64,000 nt of DNA. Source: a virus (taxonomy: Duplodnaviria > Caudoviricetes). Each line of letters starts with the position of its first letter. The stretch's first letter is position 1. The position numbers and the translations under genes were made by a program. Under the pieces are notes generated by a model, which saw only the letters and a program-made list of their open reading frames with translations, did not search any database and was not told the DNA's origin. Location of the stretch: positions 32,001 through 96,000 of IMG/VR virus record IMGVR_UViG_3300029258_002326; one strand, written 5' to 3'. Positions 38,112-47,099 of the stretch are shown here, piece after piece.

Positions 38112-38717
38112 ATGAAACTTCAAGAGATGGTCGAACAGTACATAGTAGAAGGTTCGGAATCGGAGGGTGTCATCAAGGCACTCAGGGACACGGACTACAA
38201 AGACTCGGACGCGTATTTCAAGATGGTCCAGCTTCTCAAGGGGCTCGCTGTAGCAAGCGCCGAGGATGAGAAGGCTGCTGCATTTTTGCGCAAGCTCAGT
38301 GATGCGCTGACGGATGTTGCCAAGAAGGTTCAAGGCAAGGCCGAAGAGTCAGCAGAAGATGGGTCGGGCGAGATTTTGGAGGTTAAGGAGTACGTCTATC
38401 CGAGGACCAGGAAGGACCTAGACGAAAAGACTCCTGCCAATTTCAAGAAAAGAGCCAAGCTGTTCAAGAGCGCGACCAAGCACGTCGAAGCTGCGATGAA
38501 TGATCTTGGGAGTATCCCTCGCTTGGATTTCTATGGCGATCTTGCTCATGTCTGGGGTCAGCTTCGCGATGTTTACTCTACTGATGGTGGAGAGGTCGGG
38601 ATGAAGGCCATGGTAGCTGGGTACGAGAAGGAAGCAAAAAATCCTCCGCTGGATCCATTCGCTGCCAACAAAGCTAAGGGCAAGGCGCTTGTAGACAAAA
38701 TGAAAAAAGCCCACTGA
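38112..38717 (+). CDS. Hypothetical, putative internal head protein
   Basis: AAGGAG RBS; leader MKLQEMVEQYIVE. Confidence 0.55.
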   Translation: MKLQEMVEQYIVEGSESEGVIKALRDTDYKDSDAYFKMVQLLKGLAVASAEDEKAAAFLRKLSDALTDVAKKVQGKAEESAEDGSGEILEVKEYVYPRTRKDLDEKTPANFKKRAKLFKSATKHVEAAMNDLGSIPRLDFYGDLAHVWGQLRDVYSTDGGEVGMKAMVAGYEKEAKNPPLDPFAANKAKGKALVDKMKKAH

Positions 38718-38735
38718 GGCACAAAGGGGTCATCC

Positions 38736-39047
38736 ATGAGAGATCTGATAGAGAAGATAACGAACAAGCACGCTCAGTCCGATGACATATCGGAAGAGAA
38801 GGTACGGGCCAAAGATGTGCGTGTAAGGGAAGACATGTACATTCGTTCGCATGGTAAGCCAAAGGGTGAAGGTCAGTGGATGTTTGGGTTCGGCCCAGGC
38901 GCAGGGAGCAGCAAGGACTACCTGGATTCTTCCAAGAGAGACAAAACTTGGTTTAGATCGCCTTTCGCGAGTTATGGGAAAGCCAAGACCATGGCTAAGA
39001 AACTAGCCGCAAGTCTTGGGTTTACGGAAATCACTACACTGCCCTGA
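38736..39047 (+). CDS. Hypothetical, putative internal head protein
   Basis: Leader MRDLIEKIT...DISE. Confidence 0.55.
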   Translation: MRDLIEKITNKHAQSDDISEEKVRAKDVRVREDMYIRSHGKPKGEGQWMFGFGPGAGSSKDYLDSSKRDKTWFRSPFASYGKAKTMAKKLAASLGFTEITTLP

Positions 39048-39111
39048 TTTGCAAGCGCGGCCTGGCGATGTTCAGGGCTGGCGTCTTTACCGGATGAAAT
39101 GGATGTGAGTT

Positions 39112-40926
39112 ATGAAAGATACAAAAAAATCAATAATGGCAAACGAAGACGCTGGGCCTTGTGGGGTGGAAGAGGCCGCAAGCATGGTCAGCACGGGCGC
39201 ACGCAGGGCTGAGATTATAACCAGGACGCTTGAAGAAGGACTGGCCTTCCTTGATCGTCCTGGATTTGTGGACCGCATCGAAGAGGCCCAGGGCCAAGAG
39301 ATCCCTATCGACGAAGAATCGATGGAGAAAGTTGAGGACATCTTAGGGGCTGACGAATACAGTGAGAGTGAGGTAGCTGACGCTACGATAAGGCTCACGA
39401 AGGCTACTCTCTCGGCTCGTAATTTGTTGAAGCGAAGCGACTACAAAGAAATGTTCCCCCCAAAGGCCCGGAAGATAATAGAGCAAATATACAAGATAGG
39501 TAACGACGTTAATGACGCGGTAGGGTCAATGCGTAATATAGACAAAGCGGTTAAGGTTTTTGCCAAGGCGGTCGATGGCCTTAAGACGGAGTCGGTCGAG
39601 GGAGGATTGTGTATTTCCGAGGCGAAAGCTGCCAAGAAGCCAAAGGTTACTCTTAAGCCTCTCGATGCCAAAGCGGGCGATGACTACGAGAATGTTTTTC
39701 AAGCCGACGACGACAACGAGGAGCTTATACACGAAGCGCTCGCATCGACCTACAAGGCGTATTCTGCGGCTGAGGAGCTAATGAAGTCAGGCGACTATAA
39801 GAAGATGTTCCCTTCGAATGCTCGCTCAGCTTTGGACAAGGTGGTCAAGGCTTTGGACGATCTCTATAAGGGCCTCAAAGACTTTGACGGAATCCACCGG
39901 TTGGTTAGCGCTTTAGCCAAGGCGACCAACCAAGTGCAGCATGAATCAGTTGATGAGGAAAACCTCGAAGAGGCCGCGCTATTACCGAATGAGAAGAAAG
40001 CTGTCGCAGCGTATGCCAAGGCGTATGTTGCGGCTGAGAAGAGCAAAGAGGGCAAGATGTCCAGGGATGCTGTCAAGAAGACAGTTGCCGCCATTAAGAA
40101 AGCGCTAAACAAGGACATCGCAAAAGCTGGCTTTCCAAGTCTCTGGCATTTCAGCAAGTCGTCCGGCGACGGTCCCTTTGTTTTCCGGATCCTCTTTCAT
40201 GCTAACGAAAAGGATAAGGATCCACGCGGTCTCAAAGCGTGGTTGACGTTGAACGGGTTCGTCAATGTCTATCAAACGAACCTGGGCGACGGGGACTACG
40301 AGGTGGGCGCTGTTAAGAATTACGCCGACCGGAAGTTGGGCCTTGCGCTGAACAAGCATTTATTTCCAGAGGGAGATGCGTCCATTGCGAAGGGGTCTGG
40401 CCTGGGATCCGTCATTAATAGAATAAAGAAGGATTACTCTGGTGATCTTTCTGAGGCTGTGTCTAGACCAGAGGAGGCATCGAAGGCTTTCAGGCTAGGC
40501 AGGGAGGCTCGGTTCGGCGGGATGAAAAACACGCCGCTTCATGACGCAAGGTTGATGGGGATGCTGAGGATCCAAGAGGCTGACTGCGAAGTGGATGTCG
40601 TGAAGGAATGGCAGAGTGGGTGGCACAAGGAGAACGGAACAGTTCCACCCGTCTACCCTGATGAGATGCCGCCTGTTGAAAGATCATGGCTAAAAGAAGG
40701 CAAGGGATCGGTCCCGCCTGAAGTGGCGAAGGCGTGGAAGCCTCATCTTAGCCGTGTGAAGCAGAAGGTGAAAGACCATAACAACGGGTACTACTCGATG
40801 TCCGACAAGGAACTCATATCCGATATATGGGACACCGCGAAAGCGGCGGGCTGGAGAGTCGATGAGATCGTAGGTAACCCTCGTGGATCGATTATGGATG
40901 TGGTTGCAATCTGGAACAGTAATTAG
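39112..40926 (+). CDS. Multi-module hypothetical protein with an internal duplication
   Basis: Two ~70-aa repeats (DYKxMFP..AR...AKA...ESV) and modules separated by acidic L/I-x-E linkers. Confidence 0.6.
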   Translation: MKDTKKSIMANEDAGPCGVEEAASMVSTGARRAEIITRTLEEGLAFLDRPGFVDRIEEAQGQEIPIDEESMEKVEDILGADEYSESEVADATIRLTKATLSARNLLKRSDYKEMFPPKARKIIEQIYKIGNDVNDAVGSMRNIDKAVKVFAKAVDGLKTESVEGGLCISEAKAAKKPKVTLKPLDAKAGDDYENVFQADDDNEELIHEALASTYKAYSAAEELMKSGDYKKMFPSNARSALDKVVKALDDLYKGLKDFDGIHRLVSALAKATNQVQHESVDEENLEEAALLPNEKKAVAAYAKAYVAAEKSKEGKMSRDAVKKTVAAIKKALNKDIAKAGFPSLWHFSKSSGDGPFVFRILFHANEKDKDPRGLKAWLTLNGFVNVYQTNLGDGDYEVGAVKNYADRKLGLALNKHLFPEGDASIAKGSGLGSVINRIKKDYSGDLSEAVSRPEEASKAFRLGREARFGGMKNTPLHDARLMGMLRIQEADCEVDVVKEWQSGWHKENGTVPPVYPDEMPPVERSWLKEGKGSVPPEVAKAWKPHLSRVKQKVKDHNNGYYSMSDKELISDIWDTAKAAGWRVDEIVGNPRGSIMDVVAIWNSN

Positions 40927-40988
40927 CGGAGTGTTACCGGTGAGCTTGTAAGCATCTCTTGCAAGTTGAAATCCCCAGGGAGGCGTCA

Positions 40989-41276
40989 ATGGTTTCATCG
41001 AAACTCAAATCAAGGAAGTTGATCATCGGTATATTCGCGGCGATCTGCATTGTTGTTAACGATGCGGTTGGAAAGCCTGTGAGTGACGATGCTGTGTACG
41101 CCGCTCTGGGCGTTCTGTCGGCCTATATCCTTGCGCAGGGAGTTGCGGACCATGGCGTCGCCAGGGGGGCTGTTCCGCCGCCTGTGGCCCACTCAGTTGA
41201 ACCTGAAATGCTAGTCGAAGACGACGATGGGCCAGATATTGACAGAGACGAGGGCCTTATGAGGCTGGAGGAGTAG
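40989..41276 (+). CDS. Putative holin
   Basis: KSRK followed by two hydrophobic segments and YILAQGVAD; acidic tail; near the amidase. Confidence 0.65.
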   Translation: MVSSKLKSRKLIIGIFAAICIVVNDAVGKPVSDDAVYAALGVLSAYILAQGVADHGVARGAVPPPVAHSVEPEMLVEDDDGPDIDRDEGLMRLEE

Positions 41277-41277
41277 T

Positions 41278-41712
41278 ATGCACGAGATAATCGAAAAACT
41301 CGAAGGTTTCGCGGGAGACCAGATTACAGAGCGTTCTCGTGGAGGCGCACGCAAGAAAGATCACGATACAATGATCGGGGCGATTCAGGATTCAGCCGAG
41401 GAGTGGTTTGCTCATGCTGTTAGGATGGTAGCAGCTGCTCTGCCTGGTATGTCCATGGTTAGAAAGGCGTCTGGGGATCTATCCTCTACGTCTGAGGTCA
41501 AGCTATACAAAGATGGTAAGGAGATGGTTCTTGACGCTACTGTGGAAGCAGAGCCGCTTGTAAAGCCTGGGGGCGTAGCAGGGACCAGGTTCACGTTCAC
41601 TCTTGAAGGTGAGAAGCCTAAATCCTTTGAGCTTTCTGCGATGGATTCCTACGACGAGGTCAGCGAAGGCATCGCTAAGTTCGTCAAGTCCAGAGGTTAC
41701 TCCACTAAGTAG
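41278..41712 (+). CDS. Hypothetical, putative internal head protein
   Basis: Leader MHEIIEKLE...QITE. Confidence 0.55.
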   Translation: MHEIIEKLEGFAGDQITERSRGGARKKDHDTMIGAIQDSAEEWFAHAVRMVAAALPGMSMVRKASGDLSSTSEVKLYKDGKEMVLDATVEAEPLVKPGGVAGTRFTFTLEGEKPKSFELSAMDSYDEVSEGIAKFVKSRGYSTK

Positions 41713-41795
41713 CCAGTTTTCCAAACTTCGATTTCAAACAGATTTGTTGTATAAGTAAGATTCAAGGGTCGCAAATCTAATCACGGAGAAAACCA

Positions 41796-42119
41796 ATGAG
41801 AGATATAGTCGAGAGGATAAACGAGCTTCGAGCGCAGGATTCGGATCTCATGGAGAAGGACGACAGTGGCGATCCGCAGGACAAGGCATACGAGATGATT
41901 CAGTCGTATGGCATGGTTGAGAAGACGCTCGGCAAGAAGGTCTCTTTGTTGATGAATAGATTTGAGGATGCCAAGAAGGGAACCGCTCAACTCAAGAAGT
42001 CTGGGGCACATTATCAGACGGCTTCAGAGTATGTGAAAAAGTACCTTCTTCCAGATGCTAAGAAGCTGCAAGACTTCGTGAACGGTGTCGTTAAGGAGCT
42101 GGAAAAGGCGGCGAAGTAA
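41796..42119 (+). CDS. Hypothetical, putative internal head protein
   Basis: Leader MRDIVERIN...DLME. Confidence 0.55.
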   Translation: MRDIVERINELRAQDSDLMEKDDSGDPQDKAYEMIQSYGMVEKTLGKKVSLLMNRFEDAKKGTAQLKKSGAHYQTASEYVKKYLLPDAKKLQDFVNGVVKELEKAAK

Positions 42120-42161
42120 AGCTCGCCTGATTACGAAGGCATTTTTTGACGGGAGCGCAAA

Positions 42162-42644
42162 GTGGAACAGACACCGGAGATTGAAGTTCAAGATCGAGTC
42201 AATGTTCCTGATCAAGTTCGGTCCATGGCGATCTTGTCCCGTGACCTTTTGCTGGAAAAGCGGCTGATCCTTAGATCCTTTGCAAAGTGGACAGCTGTAC
42301 AAGGTCCTAATAACAAGCTCATTTTACATTCGAAGATAGTCAACAACCGACACAAAGAAGTTGGAGAGGTGAGGTTAACGTTCAAGTCTTATCCTGACAT
42401 GGGGGAAGTTCGGATAGTCATCGAGTGGACGAAAAAGATGCTCGGCTTCTGGTACCGCACGATTATCTACGTCCCGTTTGGGGACTATATCGCTGCGTTG
42501 GAGGGGTTTGCTCCTGTGTTGGCGCATATGCGATGGCTCGTGAATCGCAATGTCAGCATAGGGTCTCTGAATCGAACGATGCGTAAGGTGAAGAAGAACA
42601 AATCCCGTGACAAGGCCATGCTCCAAGGAATGAGGCTGATGTGA
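42162..42644 (+). CDS. Hypothetical protein
   Basis: GTG start after GGGAG; coupled to the amidase. Confidence 0.5.
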   Translation: MEQTPEIEVQDRVNVPDQVRSMAILSRDLLLEKRLILRSFAKWTAVQGPNNKLILHSKIVNNRHKEVGEVRLTFKSYPDMGEVRIVIEWTKKMLGFWYRTIIYVPFGDYIAALEGFAPVLAHMRWLVNRNVSIGSLNRTMRKVKKNKSRDKAMLQGMRLM

Positions 42645-43585
42645 TGATAAAGCGTGACGAGCTAAACGAGGCTATAAGATACAACGCTCGAAAGGCTGGT
42701 GATCTGTACGACGTAGCTGCTCTTCCTTGGCCATGGTCATGGGAGGGCTCTGCTTCGGGTTTTGCGTGGGCTGTTGCGCTATTTCAGAGTGAGAACAAGT
42801 TGACTATCGATGGCAAGCTGGGCAAGGGCACGCTGGCCAAGATCAAAGAGGTTCGAAAAGAGAGAGACAACACTCCTCTTGAGAAGCCGACGATTATGCA
42901 GCCATGGAAGTCCAACTGTGTTGTTGTGGACGGCGCGAGGATCCAGATCCCGGATGTGCTTATCGACGCGGGGTTTTCTGCGGCGAATTATCTGGACGAC
43001 GGAGAGCCTCGTTTCAACCGTCGAAACAGAAGGTCTCCGCTTCGGCATTTTGTGTTGCATGAGACGGCGGGGACAACGGCTGAGGGGTGCAAGAGAACGT
43101 TGCTGGCAAAGAAGTACGGAGTTCAGTTGATTCTCGCGCCAAGCGGGGACTTGAGCTGTCACGGAGATCTCGTGAGAGATGTAATGACTCATGGTAACCA
43201 GCTGAACAAGACATCGATTGGTATTGAGGTAGTGAATCCGTATAGCCCTAAGTATTCTAAGCCACCGTGGGGGCCGGATGATGAGATCCCGGCTCAGTGG
43301 TGGACATGGTGTCCAAAAGGCGCACCTAAGCGATATGTGAAGCCGACAGAGGAACAGCTGGTAGTCATTCGAATTCTTGTGCCCTGGTTGTGCAATGTGC
43401 TATCCATTCCATACGTATTCCCGACTGCTGATCTGGGGCCTGGCAAGAGAAAGATCAAGGGCTGGAACGTCAAGCCTCGTGCTGTTCCTGCCTCTGGGGT
43501 GGTTTGCCACAGGGATTATTCAAGCCACGCCGATGGCCGATACATGCTAGAGGACTTGATCGATAGAGCGGGAAAAGGACTGTGA
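42641..43585 (+). CDS. Endolysin: peptidoglycan-binding domain + N-acetylmuramoyl-L-alanine amidase (Amidase_2-type)
   Basis: AVALFQ..KLTIDGKLGKGT, then FVLHET, THG, SIGIEV, VCHRD..HAD. Confidence 0.85.
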   Translation: MMIKRDELNEAIRYNARKAGDLYDVAALPWPWSWEGSASGFAWAVALFQSENKLTIDGKLGKGTLAKIKEVRKERDNTPLEKPTIMQPWKSNCVVVDGARIQIPDVLIDAGFSAANYLDDGEPRFNRRNRRSPLRHFVLHETAGTTAEGCKRTLLAKKYGVQLILAPSGDLSCHGDLVRDVMTHGNQLNKTSIGIEVVNPYSPKYSKPPWGPDDEIPAQWWTWCPKGAPKRYVKPTEEQLVVIRILVPWLCNVLSIPYVFPTADLGPGKRKIKGWNVKPRAVPASGVVCHRDYSSHADGRYMLEDLIDRAGKGL

Positions 43586-43908
43586 TGAAAGATTTAGCGT
43601 CGAAGCTCAACGAATTCATAGAGGTTCCAGAGGGGCAAGCTCGCCTTACCAAGCTGGAAGAGCGTCTTTATCGCTCGCTAAGGACACAGGGAGAGAGGGC
43701 CACAAAGGGTCGCTCTATCTCCAGGTGCGTGTTCGAGTCGCACCCTGGAGAGGAGGGTGCCCGACTGGTTATGATCATGGAGGGCAGGTACTCGGTATCC
43801 GTGGGTAACCAGATAGTCCGGAGATTCGCTGGGATGCCAGAAGTGGGCTCGGTGATTGTCAAGCGAACGGATGCCGGAGCCAAGGTTGTTTTGAGGCTTG
43901 TCGGCTAG
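43585..43908 (+). CDS. Hypothetical protein
   Basis: Coupled ORF; leader MKDLASKLNEFIE. Confidence 0.5.
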   Translation: MKDLASKLNEFIEVPEGQARLTKLEERLYRSLRTQGERATKGRSISRCVFESHPGEEGARLVMIMEGRYSVSVGNQIVRRFAGMPEVGSVIVKRTDAGAKVVLRLVG

Positions 43909-44015
43909 TTAGAGATCTTTTGGCTATGCGCGATGTATAGCAGTTTGCGGCTTTTGAGTGTTCCACGTATTATCAAGATCTAGCGCGTTGTCTTCGACGA
44001 CGAAAGGACGATTGC

Positions 44016-44975
44016 ATGGTTACCACCACCGCGAATATAGCCTCTGTCCCCGGACCTTTTCTTACTGTTAGCCGTTCGATGGGAGGGACGATCTTCGACG
44101 TAGAAAAGATCACAAGCAAGTCCAAGAAAAAGAAGAAGACACCTGTTGAGATCGGGATGATCTCGGTGGACGGCGGGACGATTTCAAGTTCTACGTTTGT
44201 GCTTGAGAGCACTGGTTATGGGTCTGTCATTCTCGAAGGAATCGGCAAGCTCAACATTGACATGTCAAAGGCTGATCGAGTGATCGAAGATAAGATTCGA
44301 GATCTTGCCGAGTACACACTTAGTCGTGGCCGGGAGCTAGACTGGGATGTTGATAAGGAAATCGATAGTTATAAGAGGACAGCGATTAAGAAGGCATGGA
44401 AGATGGCCAGCTCTGTGTCCAGAATGGCGGCCAAGGCCGGTGTTGAGAGTAGCGTCACGTTTTATCCAATGATACTGAAAGACGGGAATAGCTCATTTCT
44501 TGATGTTTATGCCGTTGAGGTGGTGGTTCATGGCGGTGCAAAACCTAGTCACAGCACCCCTTCTTTTACTTATTTCGGTCCTCGTGAAGTCGATGATGTG
44601 TTGGACTTCGGAGACAGGGATTTCTTTAAAAACGATGAGGATGCGGCTGACTACTTTAAGCTGGTGCAGGCGATCAGAGATCCTTCTAGTGTTAAGAAAT
44701 CTGGCAAGGCGGTGACAGTTTACACGGCGCGTCCTGTTAAAGATCGCAGGATATACGACAACGCCAAGGGGGTTCCTACTGGCATCTTTGTCACCACAAG
44801 TGCTGACCGCGCCGAGGGATTTGGCAGGGAGCTTGGAGGGACCGAGGGCCGGGATCTTTGGAAGATCAAGATCAGCGACAAGAATCTAGTTCGAACGCTC
44901 AAGACTGGTCGTGTTTCTGATTATCAGGTGGTGGGCAAAGGCAAAGTTCCAGTTTTGGACATAGAGAGGCTTTAG
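44016..44975 (+). CDS. Hypothetical protein with a possible C-terminal ADP-ribosyltransferase-like fold
   Basis: VTVYTAR...GIFVTTSADRAEGFG...LWKIKI pattern. Confidence 0.45.
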   Translation: MVTTTANIASVPGPFLTVSRSMGGTIFDVEKITSKSKKKKKTPVEIGMISVDGGTISSSTFVLESTGYGSVILEGIGKLNIDMSKADRVIEDKIRDLAEYTLSRGRELDWDVDKEIDSYKRTAIKKAWKMASSVSRMAAKAGVESSVTFYPMILKDGNSSFLDVYAVEVVVHGGAKPSHSTPSFTYFGPREVDDVLDFGDRDFFKNDEDAADYFKLVQAIRDPSSVKKSGKAVTVYTARPVKDRRIYDNAKGVPTGIFVTTSADRAEGFGRELGGTEGRDLWKIKISDKNLVRTLKTGRVSDYQVVGKGKVPVLDIERL

Positions 44976-44977
44976 CA

Positions 44978-45754
44978 ATGAGCGAGTTCCAGTGGACGGG
45001 GTGGAATAGGCAGAAAGAGGATAGGCGTGATCATCTTCTTCTAGCGAGTTTTGGGATCTCGGAAACGACAGCTGTGGCATGGTCTCTGAAGGGATTCGTC
45101 AAGCATGTCCACGACCAGGGGCGAACGAATTCCTGTGTTGCTCATGCGCTGGCCAGTGCAGTAGGCATCATTGAGAGCAAGGCCGGGCTTAGGGACGATC
45201 CTATATCCAGGCGTTTTTTGTATTATTATGCTAGGCGGGTGAACAGCAATGTGATCTCTGACTCTGGCGCTTATATGAGGTCGGCAGCCTCTGCTTTGTT
45301 TAGGTTCGGGGCTCCTCCTGAGAGGTCGTTTAAATGGGATGATGGGCGAATGAATGAGATACCGCCATGGATTTCGCATATGCGTGCACACTCGCGTATG
45401 CACGGTGAGTATGCGTTCATTAAATCCAAGGACGATCGCCTCGTGCGGGAGATAATGTCATCGATTTGCGCGGGCTATCCCGTCGCGTTTGGCACAATGC
45501 TGCATGATAACTTCACGGATCGCGCAGACGGGGGGCTTATCCGCAGGCCAAAGACGGTGACGGGTGGCGGCCATGCGATGCTGATAGTGGGATACAAGAC
45601 TGCGTCCGACGGGGGAGTAGAATTTGATGTGCTGAACAGCTGGGGGAGAGAGTTTGGGGACGAGGGGTTTTGCAGGATGTCCGAGGATTACATGACCTGG
45701 GAGGAGACGAGCGATTTTGTTTCCATAAGAGGTTGGTCGAGGTTGAGAAGATGA
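44978..45754 (+). CDS. Papain-family (C1) cysteine peptidase
   Basis: DQGRTNSCVAHA, GGHAMLIVGY, LNSWG..FGDEG. Confidence 0.92.
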   Translation: MSEFQWTGWNRQKEDRRDHLLLASFGISETTAVAWSLKGFVKHVHDQGRTNSCVAHALASAVGIIESKAGLRDDPISRRFLYYYARRVNSNVISDSGAYMRSAASALFRFGAPPERSFKWDDGRMNEIPPWISHMRAHSRMHGEYAFIKSKDDRLVREIMSSICAGYPVAFGTMLHDNFTDRADGGLIRRPKTVTGGGHAMLIVGYKTASDGGVEFDVLNSWGREFGDEGFCRMSEDYMTWEETSDFVSIRGWSRLRR

Positions 45755-46083
45755 ATGTATTTATCGTTTCTGTGCTAGCGGCCATAGCCGTCTTGTTTCC
45801 GAAGTGCAACGTGGTTCAAGAGACTCGCAATCCCCCTGGACCTAATGTTCCAAGGGATCCTGTGGTCGTCGTGGGGCAGTGCGAGGCGGCGTGCAAGCGC
45901 ATGGCAGAGCTTAAGTGCGAGGGGTGGCAAGGTTCCCCTGGGTATGATGGAGAGTACGGCACAGGGGACGACGTGGCGTGCGTAGAGGTATGTGGGAGCA
46001 TAGACATTAACCCTGAGTCTGACTTGAATACAAAATGTGTCGCTGCTGCTAAATCTTGTCGTGATGTTGGCGGGTGTTATTAG
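45751..46083 (+). CDS. Secreted/membrane-anchored Cys-rich small protein
   Basis: ATGA-coupled to the peptidase; hydrophobic signal, then CEAAC..C, CVEVC, C...SC...C. Confidence 0.65.
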   Translation: MNVFIVSVLAAIAVLFPKCNVVQETRNPPGPNVPRDPVVVVGQCEAACKRMAELKCEGWQGSPGYDGEYGTGDDVACVEVCGSIDINPESDLNTKCVAAAKSCRDVGGCY

Positions 46084-46085
46084 TT

Positions 46086-46101
46086 GCGAACTTGAGTTCG
46101 C
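46086..46101 (+). repeat. Dispersed palindromic motif, copy 6
   Basis: GCGAACTTGAGTTCGC, between convergent genes. Confidence 0.92.
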
Positions 46102-46111
46102 GAGAAAAGAT

Positions 46112-46152
46112 GTCGGCATAGAACGGAGGTTCAGGGGCCATTCTATGCCGAC
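46112..46152. terminator. 12-bp inverted repeat between convergent genes; probable terminator (U-tract on the - strand)
   Basis: GTCGGCATAGAA (46112-46123) / TTCTATGCCGAC (46141-46152), flanked by A-rich runs. Confidence 0.6.
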
Positions 46153-46238
46153 GAGAAGAAAAGGGGGGACACACTTGATATTATCTAGGGGCTAGTTGTT
46201 GTCAAGCCGGAAAGGGGAGATGGGTTCAAGGAGGGGAG

Positions 46239-46574
46239 CTATACGGGGGAGACTTTGGACATATGGGTACGGACAAGGACAACGTCTTCGTCGTCATTAT
46301 TTTGTTTGATGGTCAGTTCTATGAATGTGTCTCTGGGTGTTTTTTCGACGCTTGTGATTTCCAGGACCTCGCCTTTTATGGTTTTGTTCTTTCGATTAAC
46401 AGAGACGGTGTCTCCTATCTCTACGATCATGTTCTTGCCTATCGACTCAAAAGCTGTGACGGCGATAACGTTCTCTCCTATAGCTCGCAGGGCGTCGGAT
46501 AGTCTTTCGAACTCAAATGTATCAGCGTGGGTTTCTAAATCCTTGGTGGTCCATGAAATGCTCCAGCGTTTCAT
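46239..46574 (-). CDS. Hypothetical protein
   Basis: ATG 46574 after GGAGG, overlapping the upstream stop. Confidence 0.55.
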   Translation of the reverse strand: MKRWSISWTTKDLETHADTFEFERLSDALRAIGENVIAVTAFESIGKNMIVEIGDTVSVNRKNKTIKGEVLEITSVEKTPRDTFIELTIKQNNDDEDVVLVRTHMSKVSPV

Positions 46575-46813
46575 TCGTCCTCCATAGCTGCGCACCCAAC
46601 TCGATGCACGGCTTTTTTGATTTCGTCCATTATCCATAGTTGATCAATGTCGCCTCCACTAATGTACACGGGGTAGATGCTGTCTCCAAATGTTATGGAT
46701 ACAGTGAAGAATTCACATGAGGATGAGGTTGCCAGCTCGGCTTCTATGGCGTTGAGGACATCGCTAGCCATATGAGCCTTGTCGTGTGGGATTTTGAATT
46801 CTACGGAAATCAT
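46571..46813 (-). CDS. Hypothetical protein
   Basis: First ORF after the sigma70-like promoter; AAGG RBS. Confidence 0.55.
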   Translation of the reverse strand: MISVEFKIPHDKAHMASDVLNAIEAELATSSSCEFFTVSITFGDSIYPVYISGGDIDQLWIMDEIKKAVHRVGCAAMEDE

Positions 46814-46835
46814 GCTCAGCCTTTCTTGAGGACAG

Positions 46836-46864
46836 AAAATAACCTGTTAAAGACGTTTTGTCAA
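46836..46864 (-). promoter_or_regulatory. sigma70-type promoter
   Basis: TTGACA-N17-TATTTT on the - strand, 22 nt upstream of ATG 46813. Confidence 0.7.
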
Positions 46865-46952
46865 CAAACCTGCAAGGGGGGGACTAAATTGTGTTCCGTT
46901 TGTATAGGTGATACGGTTCATCTGTGCGGAGGAGTCTGTAAACCCCCCTCAA

Positions 46953-46997
46953 GGGCGGCGGCCAACATTCCTGTTGGTTCCGTCGCCTGTTTTTTTT
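46953..46997 (+). terminator. Intrinsic terminator
   Basis: GGGCGGCGG-CCAACA-TTCC-TGTTGG-TT-CCGTCGCCT then G and T8. Confidence 0.75.
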
Positions 46998-47099
46998 ATT
47001 GTGTGCCAGCGCGTCACTAAGTAGAATCTACTCATTGGCATCCTCCCTTTCCCTTGGGTCAGGGGTTCTCTAAAGAGGCATAACGCCCAATGAGGCTGA

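Noticed and set aside
46864-46950. c-di-GMP-I riboswitch-like CAAACC...GGAC..AAA
   Set aside because: It lacks the GAAA tetraloop stem and the second conserved hairpin.
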